From: Marsupella aquatica
Taxonomy: Eukaryota > Plantae > Marchantiophyta
Reading direction: 5' to 3'
Length of the DNA: 64,000 nt
Assembly (NCBI GenBank): GCA_973895155.1
Contig: OZ316892.1
Location: forward strand, 14,128,861 to 14,192,860
Positions within the stretch are counted from its first letter, which is position 1, and each line of letters begins with the position of its first letter. The notes below the pieces were generated by a model. That model was not told the origin of the DNA. It ran no database searches and saw only the letters and a program-made list of their open reading frames with translations. Made by a program: the position numbers and the translations under genes. Positions 50,174 to 63,197 of the stretch are shown piece by piece.

Positions 50174-50999
50174 TTACAGCCCATTAACCCCAAGTGGGGA
50201 TGTGTTACTGTGCCTAAAACTTAAGTACAGTTTGGGAATATTCATTTCATTGTTACTTCTCAGTTTTTTTGTTTTTTATTTATTTTAAGAAAGGGAACAA
50301 TCAATCACTATATTTGAACCAAAGACCTATGAGTCACAACTCAAGTGAACTACACTGTCCACCACAACTAGTGTTAATCACACTAATTGCATAGCCCTTG
50401 AAATTCCATGTTTCATGTACAAGTGTGACTCACACCATTTCAGGTGTCACTCTAATTAGAGGTCACAAGCAGTCACACTTTTAGTCTCAGTAATTGATGG
50501 GTGCAAAGCTTGCACATCTTGCAATCAAGCTAGAACAAGCTAGAACACCCATTGGTTCCATGTGCAGATAGGTTTCAGCGTAATAGAATGTGGCAGCACC
50601 TTTGTATTCCCAAGAAGATCAACATGCCAGTATGAGATACAAAGTGAGGAAGAGCCCTGGCTGGGGATCTCCAGGAATAAGTGTAGTCAAAGTGTTGCCC
50701 AAGTTAGTCGTGTAAGGCAGCATCAGTTTCAATTGCACACTAAGAATGATTGACAACACACAACAAAGGGCATAAAGCTAAGACTCAAGTGGACATTCAA
50801 TAGGACTTGAAAGGTTGTGAACATTTCAATAGAACACAAATAAGTAACATGGATGACCATTTGAATATACACTTTACACCAAAGTGCCAGTAACCAATCT
50901 ATTGCTACTCTGATGCCTACCTAAGCTGTCAAGGACCTTAGATATTGACCCCGTGATTGGAGTGAAGTCCAGCAGTTATAGCGCATACTGGATCAACTT

Positions 51000-51840
51000 A
51001 GTTACTGTAGTACATAATATATATAGTGAGTTTGCCTTGGAACATCAATATCTGGAGGAAAGAAAGCAACAGTGGGATTGCTAATTGTTCAAAAGGCTGC
51101 CTGGGCTCTTCCATCCAAAGGGATGCTTCATGATATCTATTCCGGTACGCTCTGCTCATTGCTATCTAATTGCTCTTGCTCTGCTTGGTCTTTCTCTGCC
51201 AGATACTCTCACTTTCCATCTCCCAAGAACCGTCCACTCAAAGTCTATCATCTTTGAAGCTCTCGAGTTGTATCCTTGGTTGTATCTCCTTCCAGATCAA
51301 TTCGGAAATGAGACTTTGGGACTAATCTGCCAGTCATCAGGCATGAACTTAGCCAGTCCCATCACACAACCTTCACTGTGGGCAGCAGTCAAAATGGACA
51401 TCTCTTGCATGTCCAGTGAAGCTCCAAAACAAGCTGCCAAGACAAATTTGTGTTAACATGTGCAATTTGCTCCTTGATCTGAATTGTTTGAAGCCCTCCT
51501 TTCTCCCAAAATTTGGTGGCCAAGATTTTGTATCTTGGAGTCTTCTCCCCGTCCAACACCCACATTGCATTGACCAACAAAGATCTTAAATCTTTGGAGA
51601 TCAAGATCTGTAACTCTCTTCCGTTTGATTGATGATGAACTGGCTGCCATTGATTCCAATCTGCCAATTTTGAGACCTTGTCCTACAGCTTGGGGCCACC
51701 ACACAGTTCTCCGTCCTGCTCAAAACCCGGGAAACCAGATCAGAATAAATCATTCAATATGCAAGAGATTGTGGGGAGGATTGCGGTTTAAAAATATTAT
51801 TCAAAATCTCCAGATGCAGTATCAACTAAAGCCCAAAGCA
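51000..51840 (-). mobile_element. Possible LINE 3' fragment
   Basis: Trp-rich broken frames with a CKRCPF motif, resembling the region downstream of RT in L1-type elements. Weak evidence. Confidence 0.3.
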
Positions 51841-51999
51841 TGACAATGATACAATGGATGGTACACATTGTGTTGAAGAGAGGGGGTGACAACAATGGAG
51901 TGTGTGCTACTGTTGTGAGGTATTTTCCTAAGATATTTAGGAGCAAACCTCATGCCAATCTTGTAAAGGTTTGGAGGTAGTGGCAAGGGCATGAGCACA

Positions 52000-53321
52000 C
52001 CTTGAATTCATTGGCGGATGATCAACTCTCCATCAGTCATACAGTTTGAGGAGCCAGGAAAAGAGTGGATTTGAAAGCATTACAGGTCAAGGTAGGAAAG
52101 CGATAGAATGGGTGCAATGGGTATATCTGTTTGTGTTGGAAGACTTAGGTTGATCGTTTAAGAGCTGCCGGTTTGAAGTTTTTGCCCTCAGTTTTGATGC
52201 TTGTGGCCAAGAATGATTGAATTAACAAGCAATCCCTCCCCCCTCCCCTTCCCAATTCACCTCCCAAGTTGTCTTGGATGGAAACACTACGCCCCTTGTT
52301 GACCGAATGAGTCTTTGATGGATTCAGCAATTTCATGAGCACTATGACATAGTGCACAGATTGCAGACTGGAAAACTCATGGTGTCCCCAAAGAAGCAAG
52401 AAATAAATAGAACGGTCAGGAACGTAAGACATGGGAGAGCTTGCTAAGGGCTTTAGAGATGGAACTTTTGATGAGAATCTACAAGAAAACATCCATGAGA
52501 CACACTTTCAGGTGAATTTTGACAATGGGAAAACTTTGGGATTTTGAGGGGATATGGAAGTGAAGTAATACAATGGTGTTTGAGGGGGTGTTGGCATAAC
52601 CATGGTTGTGAAGCTCATGGGAGGACCAAATGCTAAAATTTTCAGGCCATTTTTTATTTTCCGAAATGAAGATGGAAATTATCCCATGAAAGGCGTTCCC
52701 GACAGAGTGCTTGACATAACGTACATGACTACAAGGAAAGGATTTATGACTAGTAGGTGTCTTGCACAGTACTACAAAGAGCCAAAAGTAAGCTTTGTAG
52801 ATCAATTGGGCCGACTAAAGATGCAATGGATGGACAATTTCTTTGGACACAATGTGACATAAGAGGCCAAATGAACTATGGTTGATATCAAGAATAATTG
52901 CGGTATTTCCCAGAGTAATTCCACACACCTTGTCCAACCTTGTGATTCTTTTGTCATCTTAAAATTGAAAGATGCCTGGAGTAGCATGCGGGAGGAAAAA
53001 ATGTAGTTACTTCGTGATGGCCAATGGCAAGAAACAGGCAAGAGAGCTAGTGGGAAGATGAAGAACCAAGGGAAGTTGTACCTTTTGAAGCTTGTCGCAT
53101 AATGTGTGAAGACAGTCAACAAGCAAGTTGACAAGCACGGGATAAGATATGCTAGAAAAACTATGATTTGCTATGGGCTATCTTTGAATACCAATGGGAC
53201 ATGGGAGACTGAGCAGCTGATCCCCAAACTCCAAGAGATCATCCAGAAGTACCCTAGCAACTTTCAAGGGACGGGATATGACCTGCCAGCTTTACCTGAG
53301 TCACCACCTACATATCTCTGA
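52000..53321 (+). pseudogene. pogo/Tc1-mariner (DDE_1-type) transposase remnant
   Basis: Motifs NI[H]ETHF..NFDNGKTLGF, KGFMTS, WMDNFFGHN, FPxNSTHLVQPCDSFVI and YARKTMICYGLSLNTNGTW, broken by multiple stops and frameshifts. Imperfect inverted motifs lie at ~50368-50389 and ~53991-54012. Confidence 0.8.
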
Positions 53322-54032
53322 GAGGACAACAATGCACAGGAGAAGAGTCAGAGCTCAGAGGATGGCTAGGCACCTCACTGAGGCTCTAATTGCGCTAAAG
53401 TTGATGGCTGGTGGTAAGCAATGGAATACTAGAGCTTGGGCCAGGCTAATGTAAGGAACTGAATCTATAACTTAGTTGATGTTGACTCATCTATTCATTG
53501 TTTAGTTTCTGAGCGGTCAATGACCTGGCATCTCCACTATACATTCTCAAGAGCTATTTGGCTACTTCCCTGAATGTACCTACTTGCCTACTTGGACATC
53601 AGCTTCAAAAACGAGCCATCACTTAATTAAAGCATACAGATAAAGTTTACTAGTAGATCAGATAGACTTGGTGTTGAAACTTCACTTTAGGATAGGAACA
53701 TGCTCCATTATTCTAGTAGTGACAGCACAAGAGCGTTGTAGCATGTAGGAAGACATTGTTGGCAATAATTGTCCTATTTTTATATCTAGAGCCTGACTCT
53801 GCAAGCCCAGAAATTGATTCTACTTACATGCTCATGATTGTGTGATTGGACATGCTATTGTGTATGATGTTGTTGTGTGGTTTTGTATTCACTGAAATCC
53901 TCAATTTTTACTAACTTTCATTTGCTCGCGAATAGTAGGACATAACATACTGAATTAGTGTGAATCAAGATGAAAACAAAACTTCACATAAATTAGTGTG
54001 AGTCACTCTAGTATTGGTGTCACACTAATTAT

Positions 54033-55593
54033 TGTTAGATATTGCTCTAGTCTTGTGACTCATGAGCTAACTACAGTTAGGCTAACTCAGGTTAGGACGT
54101 AGCTATTGTTAGCGATAGTGCTGTTGTGTATATAGCCAGGGCTGATGCCAGACCCTGGTGAAACTTAGGCTCATTGTTATGGAGCTAGTTGAGAGATAGG
54201 GAGAGCTTGTGCTGTGGATGCTTGGTATGGCCGGTCGGCCTAGAGTGCATTAAAGCTCTTGTGTGTTCCCGTGGACGTAGCCTCATGTGGAGGTGAACCA
54301 CGTATCTCTCTGTGTCGACTCTTGTGCGTTGGATGGTTCATGGGCTTGCCGTTACAAATTTCGTCTATGCTCAACAAGTGGTATCAGAGCATGCCTGGGA
54401 GGTGACGAGGTTTTTTCGTGATGGGTTTTTCCAACGTTCAATGTCGATGGTACATTCGGAGTTTTCTCGCATGAAACTCAAATGTGTGTGGCTGGGCGGA
54501 TAGGTTAGTGAGAGGGCTTTCTAACGGTGGTTAGAACTCGCTGATCGGTATCTGTGGTGCGGAGGAATCGAAGTTTGCGTCATTCAGGTTTTATTTGTGT
54601 TCGACGGTATTTCGGGGAAGAGACCAGAGATCGCATTTTTCAACGGTGTGAGCCGTGCGGTGCTGGAGGGATCGCACATTATTGCTCAAGTTGAAGGTTG
54701 AAGCGAGCTGGTCGTTTCAGTAGCTGGATTACTGCCAAGTTGTTACCGAGTGCAACGTGACGAGTGAAGGAGGCGTTCAGGTTTTTTCACAAGCTATGGA
54801 GCTTGTTCTCATCTGAACGGGGTTTCTCTTTGTGACGTCCAACTTGGTGGAAGAAACGCGAAGTGCTACGGCTGAACGGGTTGATCGCGGTGAGGCGGTC
54901 GTTTTGAGCCCGGGATTGGCACTTGACGCGGAGTGAAGACGACGCAACGGAAATTTTTACTCTGCTGGAGCTGCAGACTGTGCCGGTGAAATTCGGCAAC
55001 ATTTACCGTCGGCGACGTTCATTTTTCTCGTTGGAAATGGCGGCGGCAAAGGTGAGTAATTGCCTTTTTTCTATGGGGGGTCATTTTTCGATTTAAGGGG
55101 GTTTTAGAGGGTTTTTTCTGTGTGTATACACACCTCGGCCCCATACTCCCCCGCGTATGTTTTTAAATTAGGGCCCCGCCGTCCGTGTTCCCCACCCCTC
55201 TCCCCCCCCGCACCCTGAATACACGGCGCAGCGCCGGTCGGCGCCTTACGCGCGCTCGTTCCCCGACGCCCGCACCCCCGTTCCCTGCCTTAGGGAATTG
55301 CCGGCAGCGCCCCCCCGTGCTCGCCCGGGCGACCCCGCCCTCCTTCCTCCCCTTGTAAACGCCCGGCCTGATACTCGTATCTTTAGTTATACCAGCCATA
55401 CCAAGCATCCACAGCACAAGCTCTCCCTATCTCTCAACTAGCTCCGTAACAATGAGCCTAAGTTCCACCAGGGTCAGGCATCAGCCCTGGCTATATACAC
55501 AACAGCACTACCACTAACATTAGCTAAGTCCTAACCCGAGTTAGCCTAACTGTAGTTAGCTCATGAGTCACAAGACTAGAGCAATATCTAACA
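54033..55593. mobile_element. Copia derivative with inverted LTR ends: LTR(+) 54033-54376, PBS 54379-54390, leader to ~55050, inverted partial LTR ~55398-55593
   Basis: Same family as the element at 16474-22104. Both outer ends are the TGTTAGATATTG (U3) end, and the flanks are the direct repeat CTAATTAT (54025-54032 and 55594-55601). Confidence 0.85.
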
Positions 55594-58500
55594 CTAATTA
55601 TGTATAGATATACAAACCAGAAAATGTACTAGGGGTTTAGGTGTAGGGTAACCCATCCCTAAGAGGGGGTAGTGGGCTGTAATCCCAAAGGGTGTTGAGC
55701 CCAAAGGAGTTACAACCCTTTATCCCAAGTGGGTATGAGTTATTGAGTGTAAAGCCTGAGTGTACTTTTAGAATATTCATTTCACTTTTACACTGCAAAA
55801 GTCTGATCTGTAAGTGTTTGCGATTTGCATCTTACTTTATTTATCATTCAAACCTCAAAATCCCCAGGCCAGGCTAGCACAGGGCTATGTGTCTTCACTT
55901 GGGGCTAATGCCTCCTAACCATGAATAGACATACAAAAAACAATTACAAGGGCTTTAAAGATGTAATTCCTTGGGCCGCAAGCTGGAAGGGGTTATGTTC
56001 ATGGCCCCAAGTGGCCATGGGTTAATGAGCATAACCCCCCAAGTGTAGTTTTGCATTTTTTAGACCTGGATATTGTGTCTGAAATTGGGTAGCTCTCAAT
56101 GCAAGCTAGTCGAGGGGGCTGACGTCCCATAACCCTTAGGCCAGGCTAGTAGGGGGGTTATGGCTCATAACCATCCATAAACTTACAATGAGAAACATCA
56201 GGAGCGGTTTACTCCACTAGAGCTCTAGAAGAGCACGAGAAGATAGGGTGATCCATCTCTGCAAGGGGGTTATGGGCTGTAAGTGTGTCTCAGCAGTTTA
56301 CACTCAGACCTTTAAGGTCATGCATTGAATGATTATGGTGGCACTTGCCTAGTGATACCTCTTCATGTGTATATTTTAATGTCTTATTGCACATTATACG
56401 GTTTTTGTGCACATTTGAGCGCTACAAGTAGGAGGGAAATCTTGTCAGGGTCAGTGTACGTGGGCCAATCAGAATTCAACACAGGGCTTCAAAGTATGAT
56501 CAAATACATACGATTTTAGTTATGAGGTATATGGTCTCCCATATGTCTCCCCGCATACGCGGGTTGACATCCAGCCGCCCTATACCTCATAATGGGAACC
56601 ATATGACCTTAATCTTATACTTTAACTTTTAATTAAAAAATCTTTTAAATAAAAGAAATTTTAAAAAAAATCCTATACTTTAACAGTTGTCGCCAATTTT
56701 GCCTCCCCTTTTGGAGACTGAGAAAACACTAGTATCCCAATTCTGCATTTTAAATCACCACCAAAGAACCTTCTTAAGTTTGCCAATGTATCTCTTAACT
56801 TGTGTTCAAATTGTGGCTACCCAAATTCAACTTGTCCAACTGACTATGCCAATGCTTCACATTCCGTGTGTGACGAAGCCCCACCTTTGAGAAGCAGCCA
56901 TCACACTCTTATCTTAGAGTGTTTGTCACATCATATCTAGATTTCCTCCATGCTTGCAATGTTAGGTCAGTTTTGGGTGCACTGGGAATCAGAGGTCGCT
57001 CTGGTTTGACACATGGATAGCTACAAAAATAACACCACCTTTCCCTCCATTCTTTTGGAATGTGAGGTGGAGATACTCGAATGGTCTACACAAGCAACCA
57101 ACCGCATCAGTAAGTAATCTGCCTTGATCTTGGATCCCAGACCATTGTATTGCCATAAGCTGAAGCTAAGGTTGGCACCCACTCGACACTCACTTCTATT
57201 TGTCACGGGCTGACTGCCTTGCCTCTAGAACATGCCCATGACCCAACTACCTAGCTTGTCCCAAACGTTGAGACCAACTTGGCCCCGGCTCTAGCATTCA
57301 TCTCTATAGCTCCATCTCAATCGGGAGTCTGAGGGAAAATTTCACTTGGACCTCCACATTCGTGCCTACTCTGCGTTGCCTTCCCAATGCAAACTCCCGT
57401 GGGAAACTAAACATGGCTTGGCTACTGTTTTGACATGATTGGCAAACGGGCAAGGTAGCCCATTGCAAACCATGAGGACTGAAGGCACCCTTAGACTCAG
57501 CTAAGATAAGAAGGATGTTATCATCATTTAAAGCTTTCTGACGCACCCAAGAAGTACTCCAATAGATTTCTCATTTAGGAGATATTGCCCGAGATATTGT
57601 CATTTTTGTTTGGGGTTTAGTAGAGCAATTGTCACACTTCACAACTTGGGCTTGCTCTTGGCTCACTGGGATACACCATTCCCCTCATATATGCTTCTGG
57701 AGACCTATCACCTCTTGACCTATTTGGTCCTCTATTCTTGACCCTCTACCTGGATTCTAACCTGATTGACTGGACTTGAACCCAACTGGCTAGGCCCATA
57801 ACATTCTAGTTACTTAGACATTTGTAAACGAAGTGCCTTAGCTTGTTATGATCAGGACGATACGATGTTCATGCTCGGGCCCTCAAAACACATCGCCTGT
57901 TGGGGGCCTAGGACAGTTACACCTGAGAAGCGTCGTATTTCATGCGCCAAGCATCCGTTCTGCCTGAACTAAACTTTTTTGACCTTGGTCTATTTTTTAG
58001 AAGATCAAAACTATGATTTATTGCAAGGATGCCCACATTGACTTTGAATGAATGTACTTTCTGCCTGAATTTTGGCTTGCATGGAGGAGGACCTGGAGGG
58101 GGCGTGCAAGAGGTGGAGATTTGAGGAGGAGCAACTTCTGGATTGGCATTAACCTAGGCAAAAAGTAGCCTATAAGGCATTAGAGATCTAGTCAACACTT
58201 ATGTAGTTTATGTAGACTCAAGATCATTAAACATTATAGATTATTAGAGAAGTTGGATTGCTCCAAATATAGATGATGAACATTTTTTAGATATCTCATT
58301 GGTGTCAAGAACTGCTTTGTAGGTGTTCATATCAATTAGGCTCTCACGAGTCATTGAACTGTAAATACTGCCTACATTTCAATAAATTCTGATCCCTGAC
58401 GGGGGATTTATCACTATTTAAATGTTTTTGCATTTTTGAATTCTGCCACTTGTATTTATAAAATAATCAGCATTTAAATACAGCCCACATACGCTCAAAA

Positions 58501-59215
58501 AAATTGAGATATAAGGCGGCTTAAGTGGCAAACTCTGGTAAGCCAAGAGCAATTAAAAAAACCCACCACCCTTGACCTTGTTGTGTTTAGGGCATGACTA
58601 AGTTTGGAGAGCAGCAAATTTCTTAGTAGCAACAACTCTAGATGGAGAACATCAACTCCCCAAGGCAAAGGAAGACCTCCACTAAGATATCTGAACCTGT
58701 GATTTTGAAGTGACAGCTGCAATAGAAGAACAGGAAGAAGAGGCAAAGCAGAAATCTCAATCGAGGTTGCATGTTTTAATCACAGTAGGAGGTTGGAGAG
58801 GGGGTCATGATTCTTGATGAGCTGAATTGGACATACTGAATTGGTTACTTCAGTAGCAAAATGCGTTGAAGTCACATAGTAGGTTCCCATCGTCACTACC
58901 AAACTGAGCTGAATTGTTTTACTTGAAGATGCTCATAGTTAGGGGACATTCAAATTGGCCATTTTGTTACTGTCGCGTCTAGGGAAGTTTCCTCTACAGC
59001 TTCCACTAGGTTGATTTTCGTATTGTTTGGATACATACTGCACAATGTTGGAATTGGACATTCTAAATTGATTACGTCATTTAGTGTTACATGTGGCACA
59101 ATTTCAACCAATCCATTAAAGTGACTTACTCGTAATGTGTGCACATATGGAATGTCTGAATTGGACATTCTGAATTGGTTATGATACTTCCTGTCTACTG
59201 TTCCACTACTGTTCC

Positions 59216-59356
59216 CACCAAAATCGCTTACTAATTACTTTTCTAGAGTTTGCATGCACTTTTATGACTGTAGGCTATTACACAGTTCACACCAAAATCG
59301 CTTACTAATTACTTTTCTAGAGTTTGCATGCACTTTTTTGACTGTAGGCTATTACA
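59216..59356. repeat. Tandem duplication, ~73 bp x2
   Basis: caccaaaatcgcttactaattacttttctagagtttgcatgcactttt.tgactgtaggctattaca occurs twice. Confidence 0.9.
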
Positions 59357-60340
59357 GTTTACACTAAAGTACTGTAGTGGTCTCATTTTATAATTGAGTT
59401 TACTACGGCCCTTTAGAGTGCCCAGTTGACTGATATGCTGATTTTCGTATAAGTAGATCCTCGAAAATTGTGCACATTCTCAATTGGTTATATTATTTCC
59501 TGTACCCTGTGGGGCAGTCTCAACTGAAGTAGCTTTGGTGACTGGTATGAGCTACACTACATGTCACAGTGCCCGAATAGCCTAAGTCACACTGTAGGGG
59601 TACCTGTTGAACACTTTGTTTCTCCGTTGTGTCTCTGCTTGTGTTACTGGGATTCTCAAATTTCCTTTAGAGAATAAACAAGGCTACACCAGGCACTAAA
59701 GCCATTACGGCCTCTGCCAAGTTGTCATCTTGTACGGCCTGCCAAGATGAGTACAGCCATTCCATGCATTCCTTACAAATACACACCTGAAGCAGACGCA
59801 GAAAGAAAGTGAGCTTCGTAACAACTTCCAACTTCCAACTTCCACGAGTCGAGCCCATCAGCAGCAACCGGCGATTGCATTGCATGGTAGAGAAAGGATA
59901 CTGATACAAATGAGGTCTAAGGTAGCCTAATTTTAACTGGAGGAGGGGAAATTCGCAACAGGCAAATCCAACCTCCAAATTTCGAGATTTTTGCTATCCG
60001 AATTGACGTAACGAAGCCCAAAACTTCTGGGAAGCACTGCCTCGTGCTTTGTGCCTCGAGGCCTCTCGCTACAGTTAGTAGATACTTCCTCCCTGGAGAG
60101 GCAGCGTCCAGCCTGCCGTGCCGGCGTTTTAAGACAGGTAACCTGCGGAACCTAGCACTGGCTGATAAACAAAGAGTCACTTTCGTAAAAGTTCAAATTG
60201 AACTCGACGGGAAGCTACACATCGCAGAAGCATGTACATCTTGATGCCACCTCCATGCCGTGCGCGAATTCGAGTGGAATGCCTCCGGTGCCTTGCCTCG
60301 AGTAAGAATTTATCTAATACACGGTTCGCAGTGCTAAAAG

Positions 60341-61784
60341 TCAATATCCGCATCCGACGCAATTACAAGAAACAGGGACAAATTTGCAGAAGCCAAACGG
60401 ATACGTGTCGCAGTTGATGCTGTAGCAACATGGCAGCGAAGCTTGGCAATACGTTTGATCGGCACTGCAGCACTTGCAATAGGCGCACCCCAGAAAGTCT
60501 CCAAGTTTGCGACGAGAGGAATAGTTCCAGGGTTGAAGATGGGTTGATTCAGAGTGGGGGAACATCTCAATCATTGTTCCGTTCTCCGTCCTGAAAAGAT
60601 TGTTCCGGTCGACAGAGCTGCTTTGATCTCTATCCAATACGTCCGCGACTCCCTGTGAACATGCATCCACCGCCAAGAATTGACAGCATTTTGAGAACTG
60701 CCACGAATAGCTAAACATCTTAAATCGCTCCCAGGCAGCCGCAGTTACTTTCCGCCACATCAGTCGATGTTATCTGAAAGGTGTGTTCTGAAGAATTCAC
60801 AAAAACTACGGTAACTTGACCGCATAGCGACTACTGTGTCACCAACAGACGGAATAACACACTCAACAAAAGTTTGGATCTTAAGGTCGAGAGCTCGACG
60901 TCAGGCCCCTCATCCAAAATAATGAAGGAATGAACACAGTGGGCCTGGTGGCAGATATCGGATAGAAACACAGACTAGAAGGAAAGCGGTGCTTCCCATA
61001 CCCGAGCAGCGACAGTTCACCTATCGCGACCTGGGAAGGAGGACTAGCTAACTAGAGGTTCCATATTTAAATCCGCTGAAATGTGTAGTTAATGCTGGAC
61101 AAGGGGGAATCACGGCTGGGACCAGAGTCCATTAATTTACGCATAGGGTTGCGTGTCATCGAACTTCATCGGTTTGTGTCACGTACAACATCACAATTTA
61201 CAGACAGACTCCTTTGGCTCAGGAAACCGATCTCTTAGTTGCCAGTCGAACATGTTACCGAATGACCGGGCTTTGATGCATTACTTCATAATCCAAAGAA
61301 AATGAGCATAGACTGAGAGAGGGAGATCAAACCTGTGGATAAACTGCTGTTCCGGAGACTCTCAGGCCTGCATCCAGAATGGAAGACGACAAGATAACCC
61401 CAATCCCGGTAAGAGGTGATCAGCAAGTAGATGTCCAAGATTCTAAACAAGTGTGAAGAGCAAGGCAAAAGGGTCGCTCATACAATATACGGCCAGCAAA
61501 CAACGGGCAATGCAATACTATACCCTCAATCGAATGGCCAACCCCAACGCCCATTTTAGTTCAGGTTTCGCTTCTTACTCAGCCAACACATGTCTAAGAA
61601 CATTGCCTGACTAGCAGAATTAGATGTAATTAGACATAAGGACAATGTAGAGCGACAAATTAGCAAACACAATCCAGATTCGGTAGTTTAGGTTAGGGCG
61701 CTTACAGCCTAGTAAGTAGCACAGGAGCAGGGACGACATCAACAAAGGCGCCCTGAGATGGTATTGCAGTTGTCGGTAAGCCAT
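60341..61784 (-). CDS. Secreted cysteine-rich peptide precursor, 141 aa (exons 61784-61706, 61367-61333, 60652-60341)
   Basis: Hand-spliced sequence: MAYRQLQYHLRAPLLMSSLLLCYLLGCLRVSGTAVYPQGVADVLD...SSRRKLGDFLGCAYCKCCSADQTYCQASLPCCYSINCDTYPFGFCKFVPVSCNCVGCGY*. It has a hydrophobic signal-like N-terminus, an RRKL site and a 12-Cys C-terminal domain. The intron phases (1, 0) are consistent. Confidence 0.82.
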
Positions 61785-63197
61785 GGATACAATTCGAGAA
61801 AGCTGCAATGCAATGCAAGTGGCCCCAGGCAGCCCGCTACTATATACGTCCTCGGCGTTCTTATACCGATAGATTGGAAGGACTGGAGGAGGTCGGAGGT
61901 GAAACACGGGACGATCACGAGTTGCGCAGGACAGACAAGTGACAACTTGGCAGCTAAAGTTCTCGCTGCAAAATAGAAATTGACAAAATCCAGTTCTTCT
62001 CTCAAACGAGAGATTGAAAGGCGTATAGGCCAGGACCCCTAGCTACCGTGGCGACGAAACCGAATGCGAAAGACGCCAATGTCATAGGACTGGAAAACGA
62101 CTATGCAGAGCTTGTCAAGCAAGCTGGCCGGGTGATTGGTAGAGGGGAGAGAGACAATCCTGTGGGTACGGGACGATGGCCAATGAAGACTACCGACAAC
62201 TCGGAAAGCTCTCACGAGAACGAGGGGAACAAGTAACAATGCAGATGTGCATGCAGAGAGAGAGGCGAGACGAAATGGCGAGACATGCGTTAGAGGACAC
62301 ACTCTTTCTTCTTTCCCTCGCAAAAGTAGAGAAGGCACCACGCCCTAATAGGTGCTCGGACTGGCTGGTGAAGAAGAGGAGGAACACCTCACAGAGCAGG
62401 AGTTCCCAGCGCAGGGCTAGCAGTGACTTGAATACAATGTAGATACACCCACCCTCAGTTCTCCTCTCTACGTTTCAGTATTCGCCTGGCTCCAGGCGAA
62501 TACTACTGAAGAGAGACGTGTGGAAGAAAGGGTTGGAGATGGGAGAGAAAATAGCTACAACTAGCAAGCAGAGCTTGGTAATGATGCAGAGAGAAGAAAC
62601 ACACAGCAATCAATAAAACGCATCCGAAAGTACTGTACACGAGAGACGTGAGACGTGAAATGCAAAGTTGGCCAGACACAAGGACACGGGACGAAAGAGT
62701 TCGTAGAGAAATATAAAACCCCCACAAATGAAAGGCTGATGAGTGGATCCGCTTCAGGTTCCAAGGCAACAACAACAACAACAAAAAGTCCAATGAAATG
62801 GCACAGACGAGCACGAATCGGGGAGCTAGAGAGGTGCAAAACCGTGCGCGAAGTACAGAATGCCAGGCGAGGGAAGCCAATTAATTGGGTGTGCTGGATC
62901 TTGGAGAAAGCGTGGAGGACGACGGAATGCGTGACATGGGCGGAGACTTCGCCAAGACCCTTTGCGAGATCCGAGACTGGAGAGCGAGGGCGTCTGCCGA
63001 GGGAAACAGGGACACAGTGCTCGCAGTAGAGTAGACTGGTGTTGACGACAATGGACTTCCCATCTTGACGAGATTGGAGTACTGTAGAGCGCGACGTCGA
63101 TACTCGTTCTCGCTCTCGCTCCAGTGCGGATAGGGTAGTGGGGTACACGTAGAGTCGTAGACATTGGCTGCCTCTCCACAATTGCAGAGGCGCAGAG

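Noticed and set aside
56700-57800. Possible retro/Mutator coding remnant
   Set aside because: No diagnostic motif could be recovered in any frame.
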